This document shows, piece after piece, positions 19,501-28,314 of a DNA stretch of 64,000 nt. Each line of letters starts with the position of its first letter. Positions within the stretch are counted from its first letter, which is position 1. A program made the translations under genes and the position numbers. The DNA is from an uncultured Bacteroidales bacterium. GTDB lineage: Bacteria > Bacteroidota > Bacteroidia > Bacteroidales > JAIOZK01. The notes beneath the pieces are model-generated. The model was not told the DNA's origin. It worked only from the letters and a program-made list of their open reading frames with translations, and made no database searches. The stretch spans positions 101,874-165,873 of the forward strand of contig CAYXUU010000003.1 in the NCBI GenBank assembly GCA_964468645.1. The letters are read 5' to 3'.

Positions 19501-20633
19501 GTGATGTGATTGGTTATAATATGTACAGGTTTACTAACATTACTGATACAACTTACGGTGATACCAATCTGATCAATAATAAATTAATTACTGATACAAG
19601 CTATATAGATTATGATGTGCTTCCGGATACCACCTATCATTACCTGTATAAGATAGTTGGAACAGATTTAGCTGAAAGTGATTTCTCAAAAAAGGTAAGT
19701 TGTAAACCAATGCCAGCATCTGATGGTGATGCCAATGGCGACGGGGAGATCAATGTTCTGGATATAACAACCACAGTAGCTTATATGTTGCATCAAAATC
19801 CATGGCCTTTCTTATTTTCTGCAGCTGATGTTAATCATGATCATGAGATCAATGTTCTGGATATCATAGGACTGGTGCAACTGATCAGTGTGAATAAGAC
19901 AGTTCCGTTAACAGCCCTGGTAGATGTGAGTGATGTGCCAGCTTATTATGAAATCACAAAGGGAAAGTTGGTCTTACAAAGTGATGGGAATGTGGCAGGA
20001 TTACAGTTTATTATTGAAGACAAAAGACAAAAGGATAAAGATCGTAGTTTTGCAACCAACCTGCAAGCTGTAACCTGCCACCTGCAACAGCTAAAGATCT
20101 TCAGCCTCCAGAAAGGTTTTGAATTCACCTATGCTCCGGTCGGAGACAGGATCATCGGTATTCTTTACAGCCTCAACGACAAAGTTTTACCTCAAGGAGA
20201 TATCCCTCTATTCCGCATGGAAGGTTCTGATAAAAGCCAACTCGAAATATCAGACATTTTCGGTGGGGATCTTAATGGGAATTATGTGCCCATTTTACGA
20301 AAAGGACAACAGATCAGCCAGGATATTTTGGCGGATTATGATCTGCGGGTGCAACCCAATCCATTCAGGGAGGCCGCAGAGATCAGTTGGCAACTGGCCC
20401 AGAAAGCAGAGGTCAATATTTCGATATATAGTTTGCAAGGAGAAAAGATATCGGATGTGTTTCGGGGCATACAGGAGCCAGGCAGTTATTGTATGAATTG
20501 GGGAATATCGAATCATGAATATCCAATATCCAACACCCAATTACAGCCTGGGGTATACATATGCTATATGGTGGTAAAGCCAGCAGCAGGAAGGGAGATA
20601 ACAAAAGATGTGAAAATGGTGATAATGAGATAA
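16554..20633 (+). CDS. S8 family subtilisin-like peptidase with dockerin segment and T9SS C-terminal domain (paralog 3)
   Basis: 1359-aa ORF starting 9 bp after paralog 2. Triad motifs are ILDTGIDWDHPDL, HGTHVAGIAA and GTSMSTPIISG. The dockerin is GDANGDGEINVLD...ADVNHDHEINVLD, and the CTD ends VYICYMV...VKMVIMR. Confidence 0.9.
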   Translation: MKRLLILVLVFYSFCVHPQNQQVYELSSSNDMDPENPGFIQDEVIIKFKDHVIPEIDINDGSVHTSIRSLDDLFIQYRITKAEKVFPAMSGKNKTFYIKIQGETTKLDPLYNIYKFKFDKSSNVEYLAVVLGKDPNIDYAEPNYIVYSIETYPNDPIYITGAQWHIDSINAPKAYDLTTSDTNQIIAILDTGIDWDHPDLTGNIWYNYSEIPGNGIDDDLNGYIDDIRGWDFVNLDNNPDDDNSHGTHVAGIAAAVTNNSLGVAGIAWNARLMPVKMLQSTGQGNSADFASAIFYAYQNGATVINMSVGSYGESLTVKNALEYAYSTSMLVAAAGNNFYNLDLAPMYPACYSFVIGVEATDYYGDLALFSNFDIDGPYASIHSDLLNYEIRAPGYGIYSTFPNGNYHALSGTSMSTPIISGAIALMKSYYSVISHEQIFVRLIQGTDNSLLDIYNSLVLSPAPELTCLKTSIIDTLSGCDNDGIADAGETILLNFDIKNYGGYADSVWARLRFGQYEDTTVATIIDSLSNVGDISAYASLGNEQDPFSIKIKKGIAHNRDIVFEYIISASNTDTITQPIIINVQNAKELLGVMDSTMYLTPDKLWLVNGSFRVGSNGHLIMLPGTNIILNAPVVNWGHVQGHGTPDSMINVYGPSVFDIGYYDLSYVHSYPGSTKPEAITYEQTSSFAIQKAQCYVSNCIFDGAVNFYLHNAYCQDCIFKNCGLNNWSTDTITRCNFYNIGYGLRLFSGSEYVSYCTFSNIHNNNIIYGGNKFYKNNFITNLSTTSYYGYNGGTYYQIPPQYWGTSDTSIIDQMIIDFYDNFPNYAIVLYQPILTTPSDSAHGFAWKIHINDLNPQNNNLDPLGVETAKFDVFFNRPMDTLTDPQLSFGVRSPYNQHIVSRNSSWSIDSMIWTAYYDINLETGDGLNYLRVQDAVDDEGLEIPVEDNKRFFFTIQAAGAQSISFTASAGIGRSELNWEKANTSDVIGYNMYRFTNITDTTYGDTNLINNKLITDTSYIDYDVLPDTTYHYLYKIVGTDLAESDFSKKVSCKPMPASDGDANGDGEINVLDITTTVAYMLHQNPWPFLFSAADVNHDHEINVLDIIGLVQLISVNKTVPLTALVDVSDVPAYYEITKGKLVLQSDGNVAGLQFIIEDKRQKDKDRSFATNLQAVTCHLQQLKIFSLQKGFEFTYAPVGDRIIGILYSLNDKVLPQGDIPLFRMEGSDKSQLEISDIFGGDLNGNYVPILRKGQQISQDILADYDLRVQPNPFREAAEISWQLAQKAEVNISIYSLQGEKISDVFRGIQEPGSYCMNWGISNHEYPISNTQLQPGVYICYMVVKPAAGREITKDVKMVIMR
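19719..19886 (+). other. dockerin-like segment in protease 3
   Basis: SDGDANGDGEINVLDITTTVAYMLHQNPWPFLFSAADVNHDHEINVLDIIGLVQLI. Confidence 0.8.
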
Positions 20634-20723
20634 CCTGAATGTCGTCAGGCAGATTTGAAAATCTGAAAATGTGTCAATTTGAAAATGAAGAAATTCAGTG
20701 TAAAATAAATTCATGAAATAATT

Positions 20724-23700
20724 ATGAAACTCTTAATTCGTGAATTCGTGGCTATTTTAATCTTAGCAGGAGGTTGTCTGCATGCCCAGAACAACTTCCA
20801 CAACATCCACATCCTTGATCCATACAATCCGGAGTATGTTCCGGGTGAGTTGCTCATTAAGTTTAAGGATGATGTTGTAGTAATACCTCATGTAGAAAAA
20901 AAAGGTGATAAAACGCGTATCACCACAGGCATAAAAAGCATTGATGAATTCATCCTGGATAGAAATGCTCTTGATATTGAAAAAGTATTCGGGGCAACAA
21001 GGGCTTCCCAACGAGAAACCAGATACATTACTGATTTTAAAGGCAACCGTATTCAGGTTCCTAAGCTTTATAATATCTATAAAATTAGGTTTGATGATAA
21101 ACAGGATGCGATTGATCTCGCCGCTTTATTATCCCAGGATCCCAGTGTTGAATATGCAGAACCCAATTACCTGGTATATAACATGGAGGTTATTGAGGGA
21201 ACCACAATTGTCGATTTAGAGAATTCCAGTTACAACTATCCTAATCAGCCTATTCCCGATTCCAAACCGCGAAGTACAAACACCATCCCCAACGACCCGC
21301 TTTACGCACAACAATGGTATCTTCCGGCTATTGATGCACCGGCTGCCTGGGACAGTACCACCGGTGATACCAGCCAGGTAATTGCCATTATCGATACTGG
21401 TGTTGACTGGAACCATCCTGACCTGGATGATAACATCTGGACAAATTGGGACGAAATCCCGGATAATGGAATAGATGACGACGGTAATGGTTACATAGAC
21501 GATATCAGGGGCTGGGATTATGTCAATGATGACAACGATCCGAGAGATGACAATTCCCACGGTACCCATGTGGCAGGTATTACAGCTGCCGAAGGCAACA
21601 ATGGCATTGGCATATGTGGTATGGCATGGAATGCCCGGATCATGCCAGTAAAGATGTTGCAGAGCTCAGGTTCTGGAAATTCATCTGATCTGGCCAGTGC
21701 TATTGAATATGCATCTGATAATGGAGCAGCAGTAATTAATATGAGTCTTGGTTCCTATGGAGAATCCATGACAGTAAAATCGGCATTGGAAAACGCTTAT
21801 TCAGCATCATTCCTTGTTGCTGCTGCAGGTAATGATGGATATAAGATTGATCCACCTTTTCCACCTTATCCAATCTATGCTCCAATGTTTCCGGCATGTT
21901 ATTCATTTGTTCTTGGAGTTGAAGCGACAAATTCTGGTGGTTCACGAGCAGGTTTTTCAAACATGGACCCTTCGGGAGCAATATTATTTAATAATCTGTG
22001 GAGTTATAATTATGAAATAAAAGCACCAGGTGTTGGAATAATAAGTTGTAAACCTAGTGGGAATTACTGGCAAAAGAGTGGGACATCAATGGCTTCACCA
22101 ATTGCGGCAGCCACAGTTGCCCTAATGAAAGTATATGATCCTTCACAATCACATGAAGATATATTTTCTAAAATTATACAAAGTACCAATTCTGGTACTA
22201 TCAATATTTATAACTGTATTACTGCAACCCTGGTACCCGAAATATATTATATTGATAATAAGCTTGTAGACACATTGCCTGGTTGTGATGGTGATGGGAA
22301 AGCTGATGCCGGAGAAACCATTGAACTTTATTATACAGTTAAAAATGCCGGTGGAAGCGCAGATAGTGTTTGGTCATTGATACGGTTAGGTCAGTTTGAA
22401 GATACTGCAATCGTATCGGTATCAGATAGTCTGAGCTTTATTGGCAGCCTTTCAACCTTTGCAACGATGCAGGGAACTAATGATCCATTCAGAATTAATA
22501 TAGGAAGCAATACAACAAATAACCGGAGCATTCGATTTGCCTACTTAATTTACAACAGAAGTACATTAATGGACAGTGGTGAATTTACAATACTATGCCA
22601 GAAAGGAAGAGAGTTCAGTGGATATTCACCTGGAACAACAGTTTTAAAACCGGATGAATTGAACCTGATAACAAACAACACAGTTTTTGATACAATAATT
22701 ATTAATCCCGGGACTACAGTTGCACTGTCACCTGGTAAATCAATTTTTATTAATAGTAAAATCACTGCCACCGGGAAACCTGATTCTTTGATATTGTTTA
22801 CTGTGAATGGAACAGGTTACTGGGGAGAAATAAAGAGAGTAGGTGGAGATCATATCACCATGAAATATTGCAGGATAGAATATGGAGGCAGTGGAACAGG
22901 AAATACCCTCAACGGTGCTGACACAATTGAGAATTGTATGTTTTCAAATAATTATACGGTATTAACTTATCAGGATTGTTATTTCATCAGAAATGTAATT
23001 CACCAGAATTGCGAGCCCGGAAACTATCAATTTTTATTATTCGGTAATCAGGGTATTACAAAATATAATATTGTTACAAATAACATTACTAAAAATAATA
23101 CATACATCCTGGGTTCATTGTCACCACAAAACGGTTATCACAATTTAGCTAAATATAATGTTGTATTTGATAATGAACAAATTAAAAATGGATTAAGTTA
23201 TTATTATGATTTTGGTATAGCTAATGATAACTCTTGGGGCGTATTTAATTTAGAACCCAATTTTTTTGGTTCAAATGATAGTGCTTATATTGAAAATCAT
23301 GTTCTTGATTTTTTTGAAGGATCGAATCACCCAATTATAATGGGTTATACAAATCATCTTTCATCCCCACCAACACAATGCCATGGTGTGGTCTGGGATG
23401 TTAAGATAAATAACAAATCGATCAATAAATTTGACAATCCTTATAACGCAACAACAGGATTGGGTGTTATTGGAGCAGAGAATATTAAGTTCGATGTTTT
23501 GTTTAACCAAATCATGGATACCGCCTACCATCCTTTTTTATCATTTGGTGTACGAGAACCCTATACCCAAAATGTTGTAATTGATAGTTCTTTATGGAGT
23601 TCAGATTCATTAACCTGGTCTGCATATTTTAACGTAGGGCTTGAAACGGGTGATGGAATTCAAAGAGTAAGGATTTCTAACGCCCGGGATATTGAGTATT

Positions 23701-24956
23701 TTGAAATTCCAATAGAAGATTCAAGGTTTGAATTTGTTATTCAGGCTGCCGGCGCTCAATCCATCAATTTTATAGCCACACCCGGCATAGGCAAAGTAGA
23801 ACTGGAATGGCCCCCGGCCAATACCCCGGATGTGCTGGGATATAATCTCTACAAATTTTATAATCTAACTGACAGCACGTATAGCGATACCAGCATGATT
23901 AATTCAGAACTCATTCTGGATACCCTTTACACCGATTTCTATGTCATCCCGGATACGACTTACCATTATTTATATACCATCATAGGTACAGACATGGCCG
24001 AGAGTGATTACTCCAAAAGAGTGATTGCCACCCCCTTCGATGCCGCCAACGGCGATGCCAACGGAGACCTCTCCGTCAATGTCCTCGATATCACTACCAT
24101 CGTTTCCTATATGCTCAATCAAAATCCAACACCTTTTCTCTTCGACGCAGCAGATGTAAATTCTGATGGCGAAATCAATGTCCTGGACATCATCGGGCTG
24201 TTTGATATTATCAGTGGTAAAAAAACAGCTCCCTTATCAACATTTGTTGATGTGAGTGATGTGCCAGCTTATTATGAAATCACAGAGGGAAAGTTGGTCT
24301 TACAAAGTGATGGGAATGTGGCAGGATTACAGTTTATTATTGAAGACAAAAGACAAAAGGATAAAGATCGTAGTTTTGCAACCAACCTGCAAGCTGTAAC
24401 CTGCCACCTGCAACAGCTAAAGATCTTCAGCCTCCAGAATGGCTTCGAATTCGCATATGCCCCTGTCGGAGATGAAATCATCGGAATCCTATACAGCCTG
24501 ACACAAAATGAAATACCAAAAGGTGATATTGAATTATTACGCTTCGAAGGACTGGATGTTAACGACATTGAAATCATCAACATCTTTGGTGGCGACGCGA
24601 ACGGGGATTATGTTCCAATTTATAAACTTGGTGAAGATGCTGGCATGAATGTACCCGATGGATTTGACTTGAAAATCCAACCCAACCCGGTAAAAGAGTT
24701 GGCAGTTGTTAGTTGGCAATTGGCAAAGGATGCCAGAGTTAACATCTCAATTTATGACATTAAAGGGCGAAAAATAACAACCCTTATGAACAATACACAA
24801 ACTGCCGGAATTTACCAAATTAACTGGCTAACCGGAAACCCGCAACCCGCAACCTGCAACCTGGAACCTGGAATCTATATCTGCCACCTGGAAGCCATAC
24901 CCATTGATGGCAGTAATAATGTGAAAATGAACGTTAAAGTCATCATCATGAAATAA
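20724..24956 (+). CDS. S8 family subtilisin-like peptidase with dockerin segment and T9SS C-terminal domain (paralog 4)
   Basis: 1410-aa ORF. Triad motifs are IIDTGVDWNHPDL, HGTHVAGITA and GTSMASPIAAA. Its central beta-helix-like region has diverged from paralogs 1-3. The dockerin is GDANGDLSVNVLD...ADVNSDGEINVLD, and the CTD ends IYICHLEA...VKVIIMK. Confidence 0.9.
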   Translation: MKLLIREFVAILILAGGCLHAQNNFHNIHILDPYNPEYVPGELLIKFKDDVVVIPHVEKKGDKTRITTGIKSIDEFILDRNALDIEKVFGATRASQRETRYITDFKGNRIQVPKLYNIYKIRFDDKQDAIDLAALLSQDPSVEYAEPNYLVYNMEVIEGTTIVDLENSSYNYPNQPIPDSKPRSTNTIPNDPLYAQQWYLPAIDAPAAWDSTTGDTSQVIAIIDTGVDWNHPDLDDNIWTNWDEIPDNGIDDDGNGYIDDIRGWDYVNDDNDPRDDNSHGTHVAGITAAEGNNGIGICGMAWNARIMPVKMLQSSGSGNSSDLASAIEYASDNGAAVINMSLGSYGESMTVKSALENAYSASFLVAAAGNDGYKIDPPFPPYPIYAPMFPACYSFVLGVEATNSGGSRAGFSNMDPSGAILFNNLWSYNYEIKAPGVGIISCKPSGNYWQKSGTSMASPIAAATVALMKVYDPSQSHEDIFSKIIQSTNSGTINIYNCITATLVPEIYYIDNKLVDTLPGCDGDGKADAGETIELYYTVKNAGGSADSVWSLIRLGQFEDTAIVSVSDSLSFIGSLSTFATMQGTNDPFRINIGSNTTNNRSIRFAYLIYNRSTLMDSGEFTILCQKGREFSGYSPGTTVLKPDELNLITNNTVFDTIIINPGTTVALSPGKSIFINSKITATGKPDSLILFTVNGTGYWGEIKRVGGDHITMKYCRIEYGGSGTGNTLNGADTIENCMFSNNYTVLTYQDCYFIRNVIHQNCEPGNYQFLLFGNQGITKYNIVTNNITKNNTYILGSLSPQNGYHNLAKYNVVFDNEQIKNGLSYYYDFGIANDNSWGVFNLEPNFFGSNDSAYIENHVLDFFEGSNHPIIMGYTNHLSSPPTQCHGVVWDVKINNKSINKFDNPYNATTGLGVIGAENIKFDVLFNQIMDTAYHPFLSFGVREPYTQNVVIDSSLWSSDSLTWSAYFNVGLETGDGIQRVRISNARDIEYFEIPIEDSRFEFVIQAAGAQSINFIATPGIGKVELEWPPANTPDVLGYNLYKFYNLTDSTYSDTSMINSELILDTLYTDFYVIPDTTYHYLYTIIGTDMAESDYSKRVIATPFDAANGDANGDLSVNVLDITTIVSYMLNQNPTPFLFDAADVNSDGEINVLDIIGLFDIISGKKTAPLSTFVDVSDVPAYYEITEGKLVLQSDGNVAGLQFIIEDKRQKDKDRSFATNLQAVTCHLQQLKIFSLQNGFEFAYAPVGDEIIGILYSLTQNEIPKGDIELLRFEGLDVNDIEIINIFGGDANGDYVPIYKLGEDAGMNVPDGFDLKIQPNPVKELAVVSWQLAKDARVNISIYDIKGRKITTLMNNTQTAGIYQINWLTGNPQPATCNLEPGIYICHLEAIPIDGSNNVKMNVKVIIMK
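24045..24212 (+). other. dockerin-like segment in protease 4
   Basis: ANGDANGDLSVNVLDITTIVSYMLNQNPTPFLFDAADVNSDGEINVLDIIGLFDII. Confidence 0.8.
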
Positions 24957-25037
24957 ACATAATTACCTGTTTGTATAATACGTGGCAATTTAGAAACCAC
25001 AAAGATCGCAGAGAAATATAGAAGAACACTAGAACTA

Positions 25038-25856
25038 ATGAAACAACTAAACAATTCAACAATTCAACAATTTAAAAAGCAGCTTTTATTACTAGCATTG
25101 TTAATTGTACTAACCATCAACATGGCAATCAGCCAGAACAATATCCTCAAAGTCATCGGCGGGGAAACCTATACCAATGATTCCGTTGAGATCAGCATCG
25201 ATATCGATAACGACAACAGCTTCATCTCTTTTCAATGTGATATTCTATTACCTACAACCATGCAATACATTGAAGGCTCGGCTATGCTTACAGAACGGTC
25301 ACAGGATCATGTACTGAACACTTCCGTACTCCAGAATAACCGGCTAAGATTATTTTCATATTCACTTAATAACAAAAAATTCCTCAGCAATAGTGGCACA
25401 GTTGCCACACTTAAAATCAATAGTGGTGATCTGGAGGGAATATATGAACTCATTGTGGAAAACGCAATTATTGGTGATAGTGCTTCCAATAATATCATCA
25501 CCGACTCAGTAAATGGGACCGTGAATGTTTCACCAGCCGGAATTTTTGAAAGGAAGATTCATCATGACCTTGGATTTTTAATATCCCCAAATCCTTATCA
25601 TCAATCTTTCAACCTGCATGTAGAACTAAAGGAATATGCTGAACTAACAATAAAACTCATCTCTGTAGATGGAAAAGGTATTATTTTAAATAAACATCTT
25701 GGGTGTTATACAAGCGGTGAGCATATGATCAACAGTGAAAGATTTCTTGAACCAGGTACAGAATATTCGCAAACGATGTTGATACGGCTTTGCGCTAAAA
25801 CAAATAACAACAGAATCTTAACGGGTATAAAGAAAGTAATTAAAACAAACTATTAA
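25038..25856 (+). CDS. cohesin-like module protein with T9SS-type C-terminal domain (small scaffold or anchor)
   Basis: 272-aa ORF with an N-terminal hydrophobic signal, one ~130-aa cohesin-like module and a C-terminal FLISPNPYHQSFNLHVEL... Por-like tail. Confidence 0.65.
   Translation: MKQLNNSTIQQFKKQLLLLALLIVLTINMAISQNNILKVIGGETYTNDSVEISIDIDNDNSFISFQCDILLPTTMQYIEGSAMLTERSQDHVLNTSVLQNNRLRLFSYSLNNKKFLSNSGTVATLKINSGDLEGIYELIVENAIIGDSASNNIITDSVNGTVNVSPAGIFERKIHHDLGFLISPNPYHQSFNLHVELKEYAELTIKLISVDGKGIILNKHLGCYTSGEHMINSERFLEPGTEYSQTMLIRLCAKTNNNRILTGIKKVIKTNY
25140..25529 (+). other. cohesin-like module (1 of 4)
   Basis: The pattern NILKVIGGETYTNDSVEISIDIDNDNSFISFQCDILLP...RLRLFSYS...GTVATLKI...IIGDSASNNIITDSVNGTVNV is shared with the three modules of the next ORF. 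Confidence 0.55.
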
Positions 25857-25869
25857 ACCTGAAGAAACC

Positions 25870-28311
25870 ATGAAAATATCCGGACGATTATCTACACTGA
25901 TTTTTATTCCCATGTTCTTTTTCTTTGGGTTATCACAAGCAGATAATGTGATGAAAATAAAATCCGCTCATACCAATTCCAATCAAATTGTAGAGGTGGA
26001 GATTACCATTGAAAACGACAGTTCATTTGTGGCCTTCCAGGTGGATATTCCGATGCATGATGAATTTGCATTCCTTCAGGATTCTATTTTTCTAAATCCG
26101 ACACGAAGTAATGCAAACCATATTCTTTCAGATACCATACTACCCGGTGATACCCTTCGTATCCTGGGTTATTCAACCAACAACACAACATTTACCGGTG
26201 ATACTGGGGTAATTGTTTCTTTTAAATTACAGGCAGGCAGTGATCCGGGGGATTATTTGTTTCAACTTATCGATCCCATCATTGGCAGTGTAAGTTCGAA
26301 CAATGTATTAACCAGTTCTGTAAATGGCACTATAACCATTAAAGCACCCGATATCTTTTTCAATATGTCACAGATCGATTTTGGGGAAACACCATTAACT
26401 GACAGTACCGACAGGAGTGTGACATTTTATAACCAGGGCAACCTGCCGTTGGATATTTCTTCAGTTACTTTTGGAAATCCTTATTTTTCACTAACCAGTG
26501 CCACAAACTTTATAGTGGATGCCGGGAGTAACATAAGCAAAACAATACGATTTCAATCGGTTTTAAAAGGGGATTATGAAATTGATATGATCGTCAGTTC
26601 CAACGATCCTGATGAAGGTACCTCAACAGTGAAGATGATTGCCAATGCCTTTGCAGTAAATGAGATTCATACCGGAAATATGTTTGCTTATTCTGGTGAT
26701 ACCGCCAGATTAACTTTTACACTAAATAACATGGAGCCATTCAATGGTTTTCAATTCGACCTCAACATGCCTGCTCCACTCAGATTTATGCAGGATTCAA
26801 TACGGTTATCTACACGCAAAACCGACCATATTGTTTCAGCGAATGTACTTTCAAATAATAAACTCAGGGTAGTGGCTTACTCAGCAACAAACCAATTTTT
26901 CACGGGTTGTAATGGAGCAGTGGTTTCTTTAGATTTCTATGTGGAAGGCATTGGAGGATATTATTCATTGAACCTGAACAATGTGCTAATAGGGGATTCA
27001 AACGGTATGAATTCTTTATCTGAATATTATAACGGGCAATTGCAAATCGCAGCAGCAGATATATCTTGCAATTCTTCACTGGCTTTTGGTGATGTTTCTA
27101 TATTAGGCACAGATACGAAAACACTCACCATTGATAATACAGGTAACGACACCTTGGAAATCACAGGGCTAAATTTTACAAATACTTCGTATAACCATTA
27201 TGAAACCTTGCCAATATCTATCAATCCAGGGTTTAGCGAACAGATCAGTATAACCTTCATGAAGGTCACCGAAGGTAACGCCAATGGAACCTTAAAAATC
27301 TACAGTAATGATCCTGATGAAAGTCCAAAATCAGTTGATCTCACAGCTTTTGCATTTGTTCCCAATTATTTATCGGTAAAAGATACTTCTTTTATCGTTG
27401 GAGATACGATCTATGTTGATATCCTTGTGGAGAACGTAGAAAACTTTGTCGGGTTTCAGGTTGAACTTCAGACACCTTTAATAATGCAATGTGTGCTTGA
27501 CTCCGTTGGACTTACTAACCGTCAAACAGATCATATAATACAGGCCTCTTTTGTTGATACTGCCACCAATAAGATCAGAATTTTTGCCTACTCGCTTTCA
27601 CAAAGTAACTTTACAGGATATGAGGGGTCCATTGCCAGGATACCATTTGTTTTGGATTCTTTGGTTGCAGGCATTTACAATATTGATATTACAGATGCTA
27701 TTCTGGGGGACAACCAGTCGGAAGATATTCTTTATTCATTTTCTGATGGACAGGCAACAGGTGTTGATGGCGTTCCGGGTTATACTACAGTACGGAACAT
27801 AATCATTAATGCCGGAGATACAGTTTGTTATAATGCGACAAATACAATTACTATTGCAGGCGATGGAACAACTGTAGTGGTCCAATCCGGTGGTTCAGCC
27901 ACTTTTATATCCGGGTATAAAATATTATTCAAACCCGGTTTTAATGCCCGCCCAGGATGTTATACAAGTGCCTACATCACTTCGGGTGATTTTTATTGTA
28001 ATGAACTAAACAGAACGGTTGTCAATCCTGATAATGATGAGATTTTCCCAATTCAGGAAATTGCAGATGAAGATCCAGGGATAAGGATCTATCCCAATCC
28101 GTGTAGAGGAGATTTCATCATTGATTTCATGAATAAAGAGTTAACCGGGGAAATTAATTTACTGAATATTCATGGAAGAAGATTATTTCAATGCTCGTTC
28201 TTAAAGCACAATAAAGTTATTGCGGATATCAGTCACCTTCCTGACGGTCTTTATCTGGTACTTCTGAAAACATCAGAGGCTTATTATTCTAAGAAGGTTA
28301 TTAAGAACTGA
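25870..28311 (+). CDS. multi-cohesin scaffold-like protein (3 cohesin-like modules, 2 Ig-like choice-of-anchor-D/ASH-type domains, T9SS C-terminal domain)
   Basis: 813-aa ORF starting 13 bp after the previous gene, with a signal peptide. Three ~130-aa modules alternate with two ~100-aa domains (FGETPLTDSTDRSVTFYNQGNLPLDI...SSNDPDEG and FGDVSILGTDTKTLTIDNTGNDTLEI...YSNDPDES). The Por-type CTD is IRIYPNPCRGDF...GLYLVLLKT. Confidence 0.7.
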   Translation: MKISGRLSTLIFIPMFFFFGLSQADNVMKIKSAHTNSNQIVEVEITIENDSSFVAFQVDIPMHDEFAFLQDSIFLNPTRSNANHILSDTILPGDTLRILGYSTNNTTFTGDTGVIVSFKLQAGSDPGDYLFQLIDPIIGSVSSNNVLTSSVNGTITIKAPDIFFNMSQIDFGETPLTDSTDRSVTFYNQGNLPLDISSVTFGNPYFSLTSATNFIVDAGSNISKTIRFQSVLKGDYEIDMIVSSNDPDEGTSTVKMIANAFAVNEIHTGNMFAYSGDTARLTFTLNNMEPFNGFQFDLNMPAPLRFMQDSIRLSTRKTDHIVSANVLSNNKLRVVAYSATNQFFTGCNGAVVSLDFYVEGIGGYYSLNLNNVLIGDSNGMNSLSEYYNGQLQIAAADISCNSSLAFGDVSILGTDTKTLTIDNTGNDTLEITGLNFTNTSYNHYETLPISINPGFSEQISITFMKVTEGNANGTLKIYSNDPDESPKSVDLTAFAFVPNYLSVKDTSFIVGDTIYVDILVENVENFVGFQVELQTPLIMQCVLDSVGLTNRQTDHIIQASFVDTATNKIRIFAYSLSQSNFTGYEGSIARIPFVLDSLVAGIYNIDITDAILGDNQSEDILYSFSDGQATGVDGVPGYTTVRNIIINAGDTVCYNATNTITIAGDGTTVVVQSGGSATFISGYKILFKPGFNARPGCYTSAYITSGDFYCNELNRTVVNPDNDEIFPIQEIADEDPGIRIYPNPCRGDFIIDFMNKELTGEINLLNIHGRRLFQCSFLKHNKVIADISHLPDGLYLVLLKTSEAYYSKKVIKN
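25942..26340 (+). other. cohesin-like module (2 of 4)
   Basis: IVEVEITIENDSSFVAFQVDIPM...LRILGYS...FTGDTGVIVSFKLQ...IIGSVSSNNVLTSSVNGTITI. Confidence 0.55.
26656..27048 (+). other. cohesin-like module (3 of 4)
   Basis: ARLTFTLNNMEPFNGFQFDLNMP...LRVVAYS...FTGCNGAVVSLDFYV...LIGDSNGMNSLSEYYNGQLQI. Confidence 0.55.
27361..27756 (+). other. cohesin-like module (4 of 4)
   Basis: IYVDILVENVENFVGFQVELQTP...IRIFAYS...FTGYEGSIARIPFVL...ILGDNQSEDILYSFSDGQA. Confidence 0.55.
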
Positions 28312-28314
28312 TGG

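Noticed and set aside
20634-20723. Internal promoter or terminator in the 90-bp gap between proteases 3 and 4 (CCTGAatgtcgTCAGG hairpin and repeated TTGAAAAT words).
   Set aside because: The stem is only 5 bp with no U-tract, and there is no TAnnTTTG match. This is insufficient to call a regulatory feature.
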